A DNA stretch of 52,388 bases from Bacteroidia bacterium (GTDB lineage: Bacteria; Bacteroidota; Bacteroidia; Bacteroidales; SM23-62), in the NCBI GenBank assembly GCA_041480755.1, contig JBGPAO010000001.1, forward strand, positions 1-52,388. Reading direction: 5' to 3'. The number at the start of each line of letters is the position of its first letter. Position 1 is the stretch's first letter. Below the pieces are notes generated by a model that did no database searches, had not been told where the DNA came from, and saw nothing but the letters and a program-made list of their open reading frames with translations. Of this stretch, positions 29,793 through 39,061 are shown in pieces. The translations under genes were made by a program, and so were the position numbers.

Positions 29793-30497
29793 ATGAACTT
29801 ATTCTTCTGCCCTGACTTATCCGGTCCTGAAATTACACTGCCTGAAGAGGAATCAAAACACTGTATCCGGGTTTTAAGGCTAAGAAAGGATGACTCAATA
29901 TACCTGACAAACGGGAAAGGATTATTATGCCGGGCCGTTTTACAGGATCCTGATTTGAAAAAAACAAGGGTCAGGATAGTTGAGACCATAGCCGGTTACA
30001 GGAAGAGGAATCATTGGCTTCATATTGCTATCGCTCCTACAAAGAATTCTGAACGTTTTGATTGGTTTCTTGAAAAAGCGACTGAGATAGGTATTGACGA
30101 AATAACTCCACTGGTTTGTTCGAGATCGGAGCGGGAAACAATTAATACCAAAAGGGCAGAACGTATTCTCATTTCGGGAATGAAACAATCGCAAAGGGCT
30201 TATATTCCTGTTCTGAATTCAGCCTGTCTGTTTAAGGATATTTTCACTGGTAATTCTGCAAAATCAAGGATAATCACACATTGTAATACAAGGGATCTTC
30301 CTCTGATAAATGAAAAACTTGCAAATGGATCACCGGTGCTCGTGCTTATAGGGCCGGAAGGGGATTTTACCACGGATGAGGTTGAAATGGCCTTGATCCA
30401 TGGATTTGCTGAAGCAAGTATTGGGCCATTTATTTACCGCACTGAAACCGCAGGTATTATGGCCTGTCACGCATTTAATTTATATTTCAGACAATAA
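29793..30497 (+). CDS. rsmE: 16S rRNA (uracil1498-N3)-methyltransferase
   Basis: 234-aa ORF with 'EESKH..RVLRL', 'KSERFDW.LEKATEIG' and 'LIGPEGDFT..E', typical of RsmE/SPOUT enzymes. Confidence 0.85.
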   Translation: MNLFFCPDLSGPEITLPEEESKHCIRVLRLRKDDSIYLTNGKGLLCRAVLQDPDLKKTRVRIVETIAGYRKRNHWLHIAIAPTKNSERFDWFLEKATEIGIDEITPLVCSRSERETINTKRAERILISGMKQSQRAYIPVLNSACLFKDIFTGNSAKSRIITHCNTRDLPLINEKLANGSPVLVLIGPEGDFTTDEVEMALIHGFAEASIGPFIYRTETAGIMACHAFNLYFRQ

Positions 30498-30500
30498 AAA

Positions 30501-30529
30501 AAGCTGTTTGATCTATAGCCAAACAGCTT
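30501..30529. terminator. Stem-loop between convergent genes (10-bp stem AAGCTGTTTG/CAAACAGCTT, 9-nt loop)
   Basis: Read directly. An A7 run on the plus strand at 30496-30502 gives a T-run for the minus-strand transcript (the sigma / small-ORF unit). The T-tract for the plus strand is weaker. Confidence 0.7.
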
Positions 30530-30554
30530 CTTAAACAATCAGTTCAGAGAATGT

Positions 30555-30749
30555 TCAAAGCTGACAAGTCTGGTTGATAATTCGTCTGACAAGCTTTTGA
30601 TCTGCCTCAATCAGCAAATCATCTAAAAACTGCCAGACATCACTGTAATCACATTCTTCTTTACGCGTTAAGGCATCTACGTCAATTAACTCTTCGTTTT
30701 CTTCATCCAGATTGTCACAAATGTAGAGCAAAGTAGAAATTTTCACCAT
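30555..30749 (-). CDS. Small acidic hypothetical protein (64 aa from ATG at 30749)
   Basis: The ORF is co-oriented with the ECF sigma gene, 92 nt downstream of it, and is followed by the terminator at 30501-30529. It has no recognisable motif and no TM segment. Whether it is coding remains unproven. Confidence 0.35.
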   Translation of the reverse strand: MVKISTLLYICDNLDEENEELIDVDALTRKEECDYSDVWQFLDDLLIEADQKLVRRIINQTCQL

Positions 30750-30841
30750 AGGCAATTGAAAATCTCATTCAATTTAAAATATAACGCTGGATATTATTAA
30801 AAAAGTATAGTATTAACGAGATTTTCTTAAATATATCGCAA

Positions 30842-31429
30842 CTAGTTGATAGTCAGTATTATATTTTTTTCTTTAATAATTTTACGCAGGTTTATAAGCG
30901 CATATCTCATACGACCCAGAGCTGTATTTATGCTGACGTTGGTTTGTTCTGCAATTTCCTTAAAGCTCAGGCCGCCGTAATGCCTTAGCAGGATCACCTG
31001 TTTCTGATCATCAGGCAGCTCATCTATAAGAGACCTGACATCATTGGTAATCTGTTCCTTGATAATAAAATCCTCAACATTTCCATCAGAAAACTTTCGG
31101 GTGTTGAAAATATCCGCTTCATAATCTTTCTTGGAAAGTGTGTTGATCTGCTTTTCCTTGCGGAAATGATCAATGATAAGATTATGAGCGATACGTATAA
31201 CCCAGGACAAAAACTTCCCATCATCCCTGTATTTTCCTTCATGCAGGGATTTGATGACTTTTATGAATGTGTCCTGAAAAATGTCCTCAGCAAGCTGCTG
31301 ATTCCGAACTGTAAGAATGATATAGGTATAAACCTTATTCTTGTGTCTATTGATCAGGGTTTCGATACTGGAATTATCACCACCCAGAAATTTCTGAACA
31401 AGTTCCTGATCTGTTTGATTCTGCTTCAT
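30842..31429 (-). CDS. RNA polymerase sigma-70 family factor, ECF subfamily
   Basis: 195-aa ORF. Region 2 is 'AEDIFQDTFIKV........F..W...IAHN..IDHFRK'. Region 4 is 'LPDDQKQVILLRHYGGLSFKEIAEQTNVSINTALGRMRYA'. Confidence 0.9.
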   Translation of the reverse strand: MKQNQTDQELVQKFLGGDNSSIETLINRHKNKVYTYIILTVRNQQLAEDIFQDTFIKVIKSLHEGKYRDDGKFLSWVIRIAHNLIIDHFRKEKQINTLSKKDYEADIFNTRKFSDGNVEDFIIKEQITNDVRSLIDELPDDQKQVILLRHYGGLSFKEIAEQTNVSINTALGRMRYALINLRKIIKEKNIILTIN

Positions 31430-31549
31430 GGATACTACCTCCTTCTTTGGTTAGAATTAGGTAGAAATGGTTAATAGGCAATCCTCCTGTTTTAATAATT
31501 TAACAACTGCTTATACGAAAAACTCAAAAATAAGTTTTACAAAAATAAT

Positions 31550-31557
31550 TACTTTTG
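31550..31557 (+). promoter_or_regulatory. Candidate -7 promoter box TACTTTTG upstream of uvrA
   Basis: Exact TAnnTTTG match, 45 nt upstream of the preferred uvrA ATG (31602). Confidence 0.3.
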
Positions 31558-31601
31558 GGATTCAAAATAAACTTCAGTTAATACTTTTTTATGCAATTTT
31601 C

Positions 31602-34412
31602 ATGCCATCAGGGGATAAAAATATAAAAAAAAATATATATATAAAAGGGGCTAAGGTACATAATCTTAAAAACATAGATGTGCTTATCCCCAGGAATAAG
31701 CTCATAGTAATTACCGGATTGTCAGGGTCAGGCAAATCTTCCCTTGCATTTGATACATTATATGCCGAGGGACAAAGACGCTATGTGGAAAGCCTTTCAG
31801 CTTATGCCCGTCAGTTCCTGGGCAGAATGAATAAACCTGAGGTTGAATATATAAAGGGAATCCCACCTGCCATTGCTATTGAGCAGAAAGTAAATACCCG
31901 GAATCCAAGGTCAACTGTCGGGACATCTACTGAGATTTATGATTATCTGAAGCTATTGTATGCAAGAATTGGAATAACATATTCTCCGGTTTCCGGGAAA
32001 CGGGTAAAAAAGCATACAGTGACTGATGTAGTTAATTATATTGGCTCTCTTGGAGAAGGCTCACAAGTAATAATTCTTGCCCCGTATACTTTTCATGAAG
32101 GACGAAATGTGAAAGAGGAGCTTGAATTTTTATTAAAACAAGGTATTACCAGGATCGAATTGAATGGAGAAATATTCAGGATTGATAACCTTACAGTTGA
32201 TAATGAGGTTATTAAGGCAGGAGATAGAATTAATATGGTCATTGATCGTACAATTGTTCAACCGGATGAAGATTCATTATCACGGATCGGTGATTCAGTT
32301 CAAACCGCTTTTGGACTGGGGAAAGGAGAATGCATTGTAAAAATACCTGATAAACCGGATGAATGTGGCTGTTCATTCTCGGACAGATTTGAAGCTGACG
32401 GGATTAAATTTGAAGAACCTGATGTTCATATGTTCAGTTTTAATAATCCCCTTGGCGCGTGTCCGCTATGTGAAGGTTACGGTAAGATAATCGGGATCGA
32501 TGAAGATCTGGTAATACCCAATAAAAGTCTTTCGCTATACGAAGACGCAGTTGTCTGCTGGAAGGGTGATAAAATGAAAAAATGGAAAGAAAGACTTATC
32601 AATACAGCAGATAGGTTTGAATTCCCTATACATAAGCCTTATTATCTTTTATCACCTGAACAAAAGCAATTACTCTGGGAGGGTGACAGGCATTTTAAAG
32701 GAATAAATGCATTTTTTAACTATCTGGAAGAAAAGAAATATAAAATACAGTACAGGGTAATGTTGTCAAGGTACAGAGGTAAAACAGATTGTCCCCGGTG
32801 TAATGGAACGCGTCTGAAAACTGAGGCCTCGTATGTCTTGATCCAGAAAAAGCCGATACAGGAACTTATAATGATACCGGTCAGTGAACTTTTTGAATTC
32901 ATTACAAATCTGAAGTTGAATGATTATGAACAGAATGTGGCAGGAAGGATTCTTCTTGAATTGAAAAACAGGCTTGGATACCTGGTTAATGTCGGACTTG
33001 GCTACCTTACATTGAACAGGCTTTCATCAACGCTTTCAGGTGGGGAATCACAGAGAATTAACCTTGCAACCTCTCTGGGAAGTAATCTCGTAGGTTCAAT
33101 GTATATTCTTGATGAACCCAGTATCGGATTACATACAAGGGATACGCATATGCTCATCGATGTCCTGAGGAAACTCCAGAAACTTGGCAATACTGTAATG
33201 GTAGTTGAACATGATGAGGAGATTATACGGTCGGCAGATGAAATAATTGATATTGGCCCCTTTGCCGGTAATGCAGGGGGACAGGTTGTTTTCCAGGGAA
33301 GGCCTGAGGATATAATAAGATCAGATCAAAGTCTGACTGCAAAGTATCTCACAGGTGAAGAAAAAATCCCTGTTCCACAGATGAGGCGTAAGTGGAACAA
33401 TTGGATCAGGATCAAAGGAGCACGTGAAAATAACCTGAAGGGCATTGATGTCAGATTCCCGCTGAATGTAATAACAGTCGTTACCGGTGTCAGCGGTTCC
33501 GGTAAATCATCACTGGTAAAAAATATTCTTTTTCCTGTACTGAATAAAAGATTTAATGGAACGGGTGATAAATCCGGGAAACATGATCTGGTTGACGGCG
33601 ATCTTCATCTGCTCTCTAGCGCTGAAATGATTGATCAGAATCCAATAGGCAAATCATCCAGGTCCAATCCGGTCACTTATATGAAGGCTTACGATGAAAT
33701 CCGGAAATTATATTCAGACCAGCCGGTTGCTATGATCAATGGATATAAAGCCTCCCACTTTTCTTTTAATATTGACGGTGGCAGATGCGAAGAGTGTCAG
33801 GGAGAGGGAATAATTAAGGTTGAAATGCAGTTCATGGCAGACATAAGCCTGGTTTGTGAAAGCTGTAAGGGAAAAAGATTTAAGGATGAAATTCTTGAAG
33901 TAAGGTACAAGGGAAAAAATATTCATGATCTTCTGGAAACGAGTGTGGATGAAGCAATGGATTTTTTCAGCGGAACAAAAAGCGGTCCTGAAAAAAGGAT
34001 TATTGACAGATTGAAACCACTGGCTGATGTCGGATTAGGTTATGTTAAACTGGGACAGCCTTCCAGTACATTAAGCGGGGGAGAAAGCCAGCGTGTCAAG
34101 CTTGCTTCTTACCTTGTAAAAGAACAATCGCCCAAACCAACCCTTTTTATTTTTGATGAACCGACAACAGGTCTTCATTTTCATGACATCCGCCGGTTGC
34201 TTGATGCCTTTAATGCATTGATTGAAAAAGGCCACAGTGTTCTGATCATTGAACATAATCTTGAAATTATCAAATCAGCCGACTGGATCATTGATCTTGG
34301 GCCGGAAGGCGGTAATGAGGGAGGCAGGATTGTTTTTGAAGGAACTCCTGAGGAAATCATACGAGAAAAAAAATCCTATACAGGCAAATTCCTGGCTAAA
34401 AAACTTAAGTAA
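31602..34412 (+). CDS. uvrA: Excinuclease ABC subunit A
   Basis: The track ORF begins at 31467, but the conserved UvrA N-terminus '[46 protein letters not shown]' follows the ATG at 31602. Two ABC modules are present, each with 'LSGGE.QR' and a Walker B motif. Zinc-finger Cys clusters are also present. Confidence 0.97.
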   Translation: MPSGDKNIKKNIYIKGAKVHNLKNIDVLIPRNKLIVITGLSGSGKSSLAFDTLYAEGQRRYVESLSAYARQFLGRMNKPEVEYIKGIPPAIAIEQKVNTRNPRSTVGTSTEIYDYLKLLYARIGITYSPVSGKRVKKHTVTDVVNYIGSLGEGSQVIILAPYTFHEGRNVKEELEFLLKQGITRIELNGEIFRIDNLTVDNEVIKAGDRINMVIDRTIVQPDEDSLSRIGDSVQTAFGLGKGECIVKIPDKPDECGCSFSDRFEADGIKFEEPDVHMFSFNNPLGACPLCEGYGKIIGIDEDLVIPNKSLSLYEDAVVCWKGDKMKKWKERLINTADRFEFPIHKPYYLLSPEQKQLLWEGDRHFKGINAFFNYLEEKKYKIQYRVMLSRYRGKTDCPRCNGTRLKTEASYVLIQKKPIQELIMIPVSELFEFITNLKLNDYEQNVAGRILLELKNRLGYLVNVGLGYLTLNRLSSTLSGGESQRINLATSLGSNLVGSMYILDEPSIGLHTRDTHMLIDVLRKLQKLGNTVMVVEHDEEIIRSADEIIDIGPFAGNAGGQVVFQGRPEDIIRSDQSLTAKYLTGEEKIPVPQMRRKWNNWIRIKGARENNLKGIDVRFPLNVITVVTGVSGSGKSSLVKNILFPVLNKRFNGTGDKSGKHDLVDGDLHLLSSAEMIDQNPIGKSSRSNPVTYMKAYDEIRKLYSDQPVAMINGYKASHFSFNIDGGRCEECQGEGIIKVEMQFMADISLVCESCKGKRFKDEILEVRYKGKNIHDLLETSVDEAMDFFSGTKSGPEKRIIDRLKPLADVGLGYVKLGQPSSTLSGGESQRVKLASYLVKEQSPKPTLFIFDEPTTGLHFHDIRRLLDAFNALIEKGHSVLIIEHNLEIIKSADWIIDLGPEGGNEGGRIVFEGTPEEIIREKKSYTGKFLAKKLK

Positions 34413-34417
34413 AGTGA

Positions 34418-35245
34418 TCAATTCTTTTGTCCGAACACTTTCGTAAGTATTTTGCCGACAGTCTCAGATGCCCACGCCCAGGGATCACGACGAATTTTAA
34501 TTTCTTCTTCACCCACTTTTAAAAACAGACCATCAAGGGCTTTGCCTACAGTGTACTCACCAATATCAGTGTTTACAGGTTTGAGATTATCAAAAATATC
34601 AAGCGGTGAATTAGCAGCCTGGTTATAATATGAAGTAAGAGTATTCCAGGCATCATTTGCAGAAAAACCCAGTACAGAGATATCTTTATCCAGAGCAACA
34701 TCAATATACGGACTGAAAGCTGCTACCAGTGCGTCATAGGTGGTGGACCGCAGAAATGCAGTAGCAGCAGTCGAATCAAATCCTGTTTCTTTTTTATTGG
34801 AGGCCGGATTAATCCCATTCAGTATATCCCATGCATCAGAGATAGTTAATGAGGTTATAGCATCTCTGAAGATTGGGCCTGCATCACTCGCAGCATCTTC
34901 AGCGGCGCGATTAATGGCTAATACAACCTCATCAAGCTTTTCTTCAATTAAGTCAGTCAGTCCAAGTGTTGAAAATATTGGATTGTCAAGATTATCAATT
35001 ATGACATTGGCTTCCTGAGGAAGTAAAATTTTCAAAAGTGGATCGCCGTAATAACCATCTTCAGCAGAAGTTTTTACGACAGAAGTATCAGTGCCTACAA
35101 TAAGCGCCGTCTTAAGGCCTTCAATAACCTCTTCGGTAGTAAGTTCATTTCCATCTGTTTGCAGAAATTCACATGAATTAAAAGAAACTGAAATAAGTAT
35201 CCACGATATAATAATAAGTTTTTTCATGTTAATATTAATAATCAT
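34418..35245 (-). CDS. DUF4197 domain-containing lipoprotein
   Basis: 'MKKLIIISWILISVSFNSC' is a lipoprotein-type signal; it starts from the internal ATG at 35227, and the track start is 35245. 'EEVIEGLKTAL.VGT...V...S..DGY.GDPLLKILLP' matches the DUF4197 signature as I recall it. Confidence 0.65.
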   Translation of the reverse strand: MIININMKKLIIISWILISVSFNSCEFLQTDGNELTTEEVIEGLKTALIVGTDTSVVKTSAEDGYYGDPLLKILLPQEANVIIDNLDNPIFSTLGLTDLIEEKLDEVVLAINRAAEDAASDAGPIFRDAITSLTISDAWDILNGINPASNKKETGFDSTAATAFLRSTTYDALVAAFSPYIDVALDKDISVLGFSANDAWNTLTSYYNQAANSPLDIFDNLKPVNTDIGEYTVGKALDGLFLKVGEEEIKIRRDPWAWASETVGKILTKVFGQKN

Positions 35246-35259
35246 TAAATATTATGGAT

Positions 35260-35291
35260 AAAAAAAAAGCCTATGATAACATAGGCTTTTT
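35260..35291. terminator. Bidirectional intrinsic terminator (stem GCCTATG/CATAGGC, ATAA loop, flanked by an A-run and a T-run)
   Basis: Read directly: an A-run at 35260-35268, a stem pairing 35269-35275 with 35280-35286, and a T-run at 35287-35291. It sits between the 145-aa gene and the DUF4197 gene. Confidence 0.75.
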
Positions 35292-35306
35292 GATATTAAA
35301 TCAATT

Positions 35307-35744
35307 TTACTTTTCTTTAAAGCCGAACATAATTGCGACACATCCGCTGGGTATATCTCCAGGTACCCCTTCTACAGCCGGGACCTTTATCGTTATTTTT
35401 AATTGCTGGCTGGCCTCAAGCTTGAAGTCCCAGACACGGGAATATTCCATTGATTTGTTGGTATACAATACATTCCGGTCGGCATCAATAATCTTAAACT
35501 CGATATCACCCAGGTTATCGGTTCCGCAAACGGATATACGGTAATCAGTTGCAGAATAGAACGTTTTGTACAACTCAGCTTCCTCTCCAACGGTAAGAAT
35601 TGCTGCATGATAGTTCCCATCATGAATATAAGGAGAAAGCTCTACTTTACAGATCTTTTTGGCAAATCCCTTACATTGAGCATTTACTCCAAGAGGAATA
35701 ATTACCAAAATGGCTATGGCAACTAATTGAAAAATCTTTTTCAT
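35307..35744 (-). CDS. Small secreted hypothetical protein (Cys-containing, beta-rich)
   Basis: 145-aa ORF with the signal peptide MKKIFQLVAIAILVIIPLGVNAQ. It lies 12 nt downstream of the lipoprotein gene and is followed by a clean terminator. I recognise no family. Confidence 0.6.
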   Translation of the reverse strand: MKKIFQLVAIAILVIIPLGVNAQCKGFAKKICKVELSPYIHDGNYHAAILTVGEEAELYKTFYSATDYRISVCGTDNLGDIEFKIIDADRNVLYTNKSMEYSRVWDFKLEASQQLKITIKVPAVEGVPGDIPSGCVAIMFGFKEK

Positions 35745-35756
35745 AGAACAGTTGTT

Positions 35757-36680
35757 TTAAGAAATGAAGTTTTGTCTCAGCGCACTAACTTTTTCAGACA
35801 GTTCACGGAAAATATCCTGTGTTATATTGACCCGGGTTTCTGATTTCAGGATGGTAACATTTGATTCCTCATCGGGAACAACGGTTATCTTTGATGAAGT
35901 GATTGTGATTTTATCGAATGTGACTTTAAGGTCATTAATTTCTTTTATCAATTCAGCAACATCAGGATTATCTTTATTATCATCCAGTAATTTAAGGACA
36001 ATGTCAAATGAAAGTTTCTGATCAACAATTCTGCCGACAAGCTTATTGTCTTTAATTGGCGCATCACCGACAAGACTTGTTGCGATGTATAAACCTTCAA
36101 TCCAGCCACCCACCAGGACAATTGATGCAAGAGCAGGGCGTGCAGATTCGGTCAGAGTGGAGCTTGAGTTCATAAATGTTTCTGAAATAATATCCATAAT
36201 CACATCGCGATTATTTATATTTTCCTCAAGCCTTTCAATGGTATTATTATCAATAGCGTCAAGAATTCCAAGCCCATTGGCCATCAGTTTGGCTGCATTC
36301 ATATAATCAATTGAAGTCTGCGTCTGGTCAAAAAGACTGGCAAAACTGAGATCTGTTGTATAAATTCCAAGATTCAGAGCCCGGGTCTTGTTTGTAGTAT
36401 ATTTTGATGCATTTGATATTGGATTCAACAGCTCTTCATTATATGTTGCACCTGCATTTTTTATCAACATTGCAGTCTCCAAAGGTGAAGGAAGAGAGTA
36501 GAAAATTTGCTTTGCCTGGCCGACATCATCGAGAAGACCTTCACTGATTTCGGTTGAATCCAGTCCAAAGTTTTCACCGGTGCTCTTTTTTTTGTTTGAT
36601 GCACAACCTGAAAACATCACTGCTATTAAAAATAAGCCAGCTATGGTAACAGGCAATGACAGGAAGATTTTCTTGCCCAT
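35757..36680 (-). CDS. Hypothetical lipoprotein
   Basis: 307-aa ORF with a lipobox-like 'LIAVMFSGCAS' after a hydrophobic N-terminus. The body is helical-looking. I recognise no family. Confidence 0.6.
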   Translation of the reverse strand: MGKKIFLSLPVTIAGLFLIAVMFSGCASNKKKSTGENFGLDSTEISEGLLDDVGQAKQIFYSLPSPLETAMLIKNAGATYNEELLNPISNASKYTTNKTRALNLGIYTTDLSFASLFDQTQTSIDYMNAAKLMANGLGILDAIDNNTIERLEENINNRDVIMDIISETFMNSSSTLTESARPALASIVLVGGWIEGLYIATSLVGDAPIKDNKLVGRIVDQKLSFDIVLKLLDDNKDNPDVAELIKEINDLKVTFDKITITSSKITVVPDEESNVTILKSETRVNITQDIFRELSEKVSALRQNFIS

Positions 36681-36814
36681 GGTTTGAAGGTTTTGATGAA
36701 CTATATAATGTTATTAATCAGTAGTAAAATTAACACTTTTTTTTAAAAAACAAAATTGAAGAAAGAAATCGCATCCTCATAATTATCTGACAGGCAATAA
36801 ATTATTAAAAATGA

Positions 36815-39022
36815 TCAGTGAATTATTATTCTTGAGGGGCTTTCAGGTACTATATTGCCTATTATCACTGCGTTATTTACACCGTGTTTCTTGAGGTCAT
36901 TAAGAAAAGATTTGCTTGCATATTCAGGTACAGAAAAAAGCAGGCCACCAGATGTCTGGGCGTCACAGAATATTAACCTGTAATCCTCACTAATACCAGG
37001 TTCCCATTTGATAGATGCATCATAATATTCCCTGTTTCTTTTTGTTCCGCCGGGAATTAAACCCAATCTGAGTAAATCAAAGGTTCCGCTAATAATGGGA
37101 ACCTGTTTATAATTTATTATTGCAGATACTTTGCTGGCAGAGATCATTTCTGTCAGATGCCCGGCAAGTCCGAATCCCGTTATATCAGTGCAGGCGTTGA
37201 CCGGGTATTCATATGCCACTTCCGATGCAGTTTTATTCAATTGTTTCATTAAAGCCACAGTATCATGGATTACCTGGTCAGTTACCTGGCCTTTTTTTAT
37301 GCCGGTAGTGATTATCCCTGTTCCTATCGGTTTTGTCAATATTAAAACATCACCAGGTCTGGCATTGCTGTTGGAGAGAATTTTTGCCGGATGGGCAGTT
37401 CCCGTAACTGACATTCCGAAAATCGGTTCGGTATTTTCAATAGTATGACCGCCGAGGATATATATGCCAGCTTCAGATGCAACTGAACTGGCTCCTTTTA
37501 TAATGGATTCAAGAATTTCCCCGGGAAGTCTGCTGATGGGGAATCCTGCTATATTAAGTGCAAAGAGAGGTTTCCCGCCCATTGCGTAGATATCACTCAG
37601 TGCATTTGATGCGGCAATAGCACCGAAATCGTAGGGATCATCAACAACAGGTGTAAAAAAGTCAACTGTCTGGATTAATGCAGTTTCATCATTGATTTTA
37701 TAAACAGCTGCATCATCTGCATTTCTCGCATCGATTATTACTCTTGGATCATTCGTAAGCGGAATCTCTTTGATTATCTTCTCAAGAAATTCAGGTCCAA
37801 CCTTGCAGGCACAACCCAGACCATGAGTAAATTCTGTGAGCCTGATCCTTGATGCCATTTTTCTGTCAGGTTTTTTACCGGGGGACGATGATATATCCAG
37901 TACCGTACGGATAATTATATCAGCACTTTGTTCTATTTCTTCAGTTGTAGTAAATTTTCCTGTTGAAAACCTGACAGCTCCTATGGCATTATCTGTTGAG
38001 ATCCCCATTGCCTGAAGAACATGAGATATGGAGTGTTTGTCACTGTGGCAGGCAGCACCGGCAGACGCCGCGATCCCGGGCATGGAAGACAGTAATAATC
38101 CGGCATCGATCCCCGGAAAAGCTAAATTCAGAGTATTTGGCAGACAGTTCACAGGATCACCGATGCGCACAACATACTTCACCGCAGAGTTGATTTTATC
38201 ATACAAAAGATCCCGGGTGGCTTTGAATTGGAGAGAGTTTTTCCCAAGATCTCTTTTAGCTATTTCACATGCCTTTCCCAACCCGGCTATTTCCATTACA
38301 TTCTCGGTGCCTGCTCTCCGGTTCCCTTCATGATCTGCTCCATGCATTAGTTTGACTGGCATAATACCGGATCTGATATACAGAGCGCCAATCCCTTTTG
38401 GTCCGTAAAGTTTATGTCCGGCCAGGGAAAGCAGGTCAACACCCAGTTGTCTGATATCAACTTCTATTTTGCCGACTGATTGTGCTGCATCTGTATGAAA
38501 AATTATCCCATTTGATTTTGCAATTTCAGCAATTTCAGCAACATGTTGAATAGTCCCTGTTTCATTGTTTGCATGCATTACAGAGATCAGGATAGTATCT
38601 TTCCTGATTGACTCCCTGAGAATTGATATATCAATAATTCCTGATTGATTAACAGGTATATAGGTTACCAGGAAACCCTTACTCTCAAGATAAGCACAGA
38701 CTTCGAGAACAGCCGGATGTTCAATGGCAGAAGTAATTATGTGTCTGCCTTTATCATGAAATTTTTCTGCAATCCCTTTTATTGCAAAGTTGTTTGATTC
38801 AGTTCCGCCGCTTGTAAATACTATTTCCTCAGGCAGACAATTTAAAAGTAAAGCAACGTTGTTCCTTGCAGATTCAACGGCTTTTTTTGCTTCAAATCCG
38901 AATGAGTGGGAACTGGATGGATTGCCAAAATTTTCAGTAAGGAATGGCCTCATTGCTTCAGCAACCTCCGGATCAACGGGAGTTGTAGCATTATAATCAA
39001 GATAGATGGATTTAACCTGCAT
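36815..39022 (-). CDS. selD: Fusion protein: NifS/IscS-like cysteine desulfurase (or selenocysteine lyase) at the N-terminus and selenide, water dikinase (SelD) at the C-terminus
   Basis: 735-aa uninterrupted ORF. The N-terminal half has 'YLDYNATTP', 'FGNPSS.H', 'FTSGGTESNN', the PLP-Lys segment 'SLAGHKLYGPKG' and the active-site loop 'SAGAACHS'. The C-terminal half begins 'RIRLTEFTHGLGCACKVGP' (SelD Cys/Lys motif, encoded at 37802-37849). It continues with 'DDAAVY', 'TVDFFTP.VDDPY.FG.IAA.NALSDI.AMGG.P' and 'DAQTSGGLL'. Confidence 0.9.
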   Translation of the reverse strand: MQVKSIYLDYNATTPVDPEVAEAMRPFLTENFGNPSSSHSFGFEAKKAVESARNNVALLLNCLPEEIVFTSGGTESNNFAIKGIAEKFHDKGRHIITSAIEHPAVLEVCAYLESKGFLVTYIPVNQSGIIDISILRESIRKDTILISVMHANNETGTIQHVAEIAEIAKSNGIIFHTDAAQSVGKIEVDIRQLGVDLLSLAGHKLYGPKGIGALYIRSGIMPVKLMHGADHEGNRRAGTENVMEIAGLGKACEIAKRDLGKNSLQFKATRDLLYDKINSAVKYVVRIGDPVNCLPNTLNLAFPGIDAGLLLSSMPGIAASAGAACHSDKHSISHVLQAMGISTDNAIGAVRFSTGKFTTTEEIEQSADIIIRTVLDISSSPGKKPDRKMASRIRLTEFTHGLGCACKVGPEFLEKIIKEIPLTNDPRVIIDARNADDAAVYKINDETALIQTVDFFTPVVDDPYDFGAIAASNALSDIYAMGGKPLFALNIAGFPISRLPGEILESIIKGASSVASEAGIYILGGHTIENTEPIFGMSVTGTAHPAKILSNSNARPGDVLILTKPIGTGIITTGIKKGQVTDQVIHDTVALMKQLNKTASEVAYEYPVNACTDITGFGLAGHLTEMISASKVSAIINYKQVPIISGTFDLLRLGLIPGGTKRNREYYDASIKWEPGISEDYRLIFCDAQTSGGLLFSVPEYASKSFLNDLKKHGVNNAVIIGNIVPESPSRIIIH

Positions 39023-39061
39023 TGGATGCTATTGGAGTGATCTTCTCCTTCAGCTGAAAAT

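Noticed and set aside
31467-31601. N-terminal extensions proposed by the ORF track: uvrA from 31467, the large hypothetical from 25240, the TPR gene to 12326, tyrA from 45641 and the T9SS cargo to 14772
   Set aside because: The extensions overlap neighbouring genes or promoter DNA and encode non-conserved sequence. Internal ATGs give canonical N-termini: the UvrA start, signal peptides, and the Rossmann GxGxxG of TyrA.
36815-39022. A search for a selenoprotein gene (TGA-interrupted same-frame ORF pair), SECIS element or tRNA-Sec near the SelD fusion
   Set aside because: I saw no adjacent same-frame ORF pairs separated by TGA anywhere in the window, and no tRNA-like sequence in the intergenic gaps. 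Absence cannot be proven by eye, but nothing supports a call.
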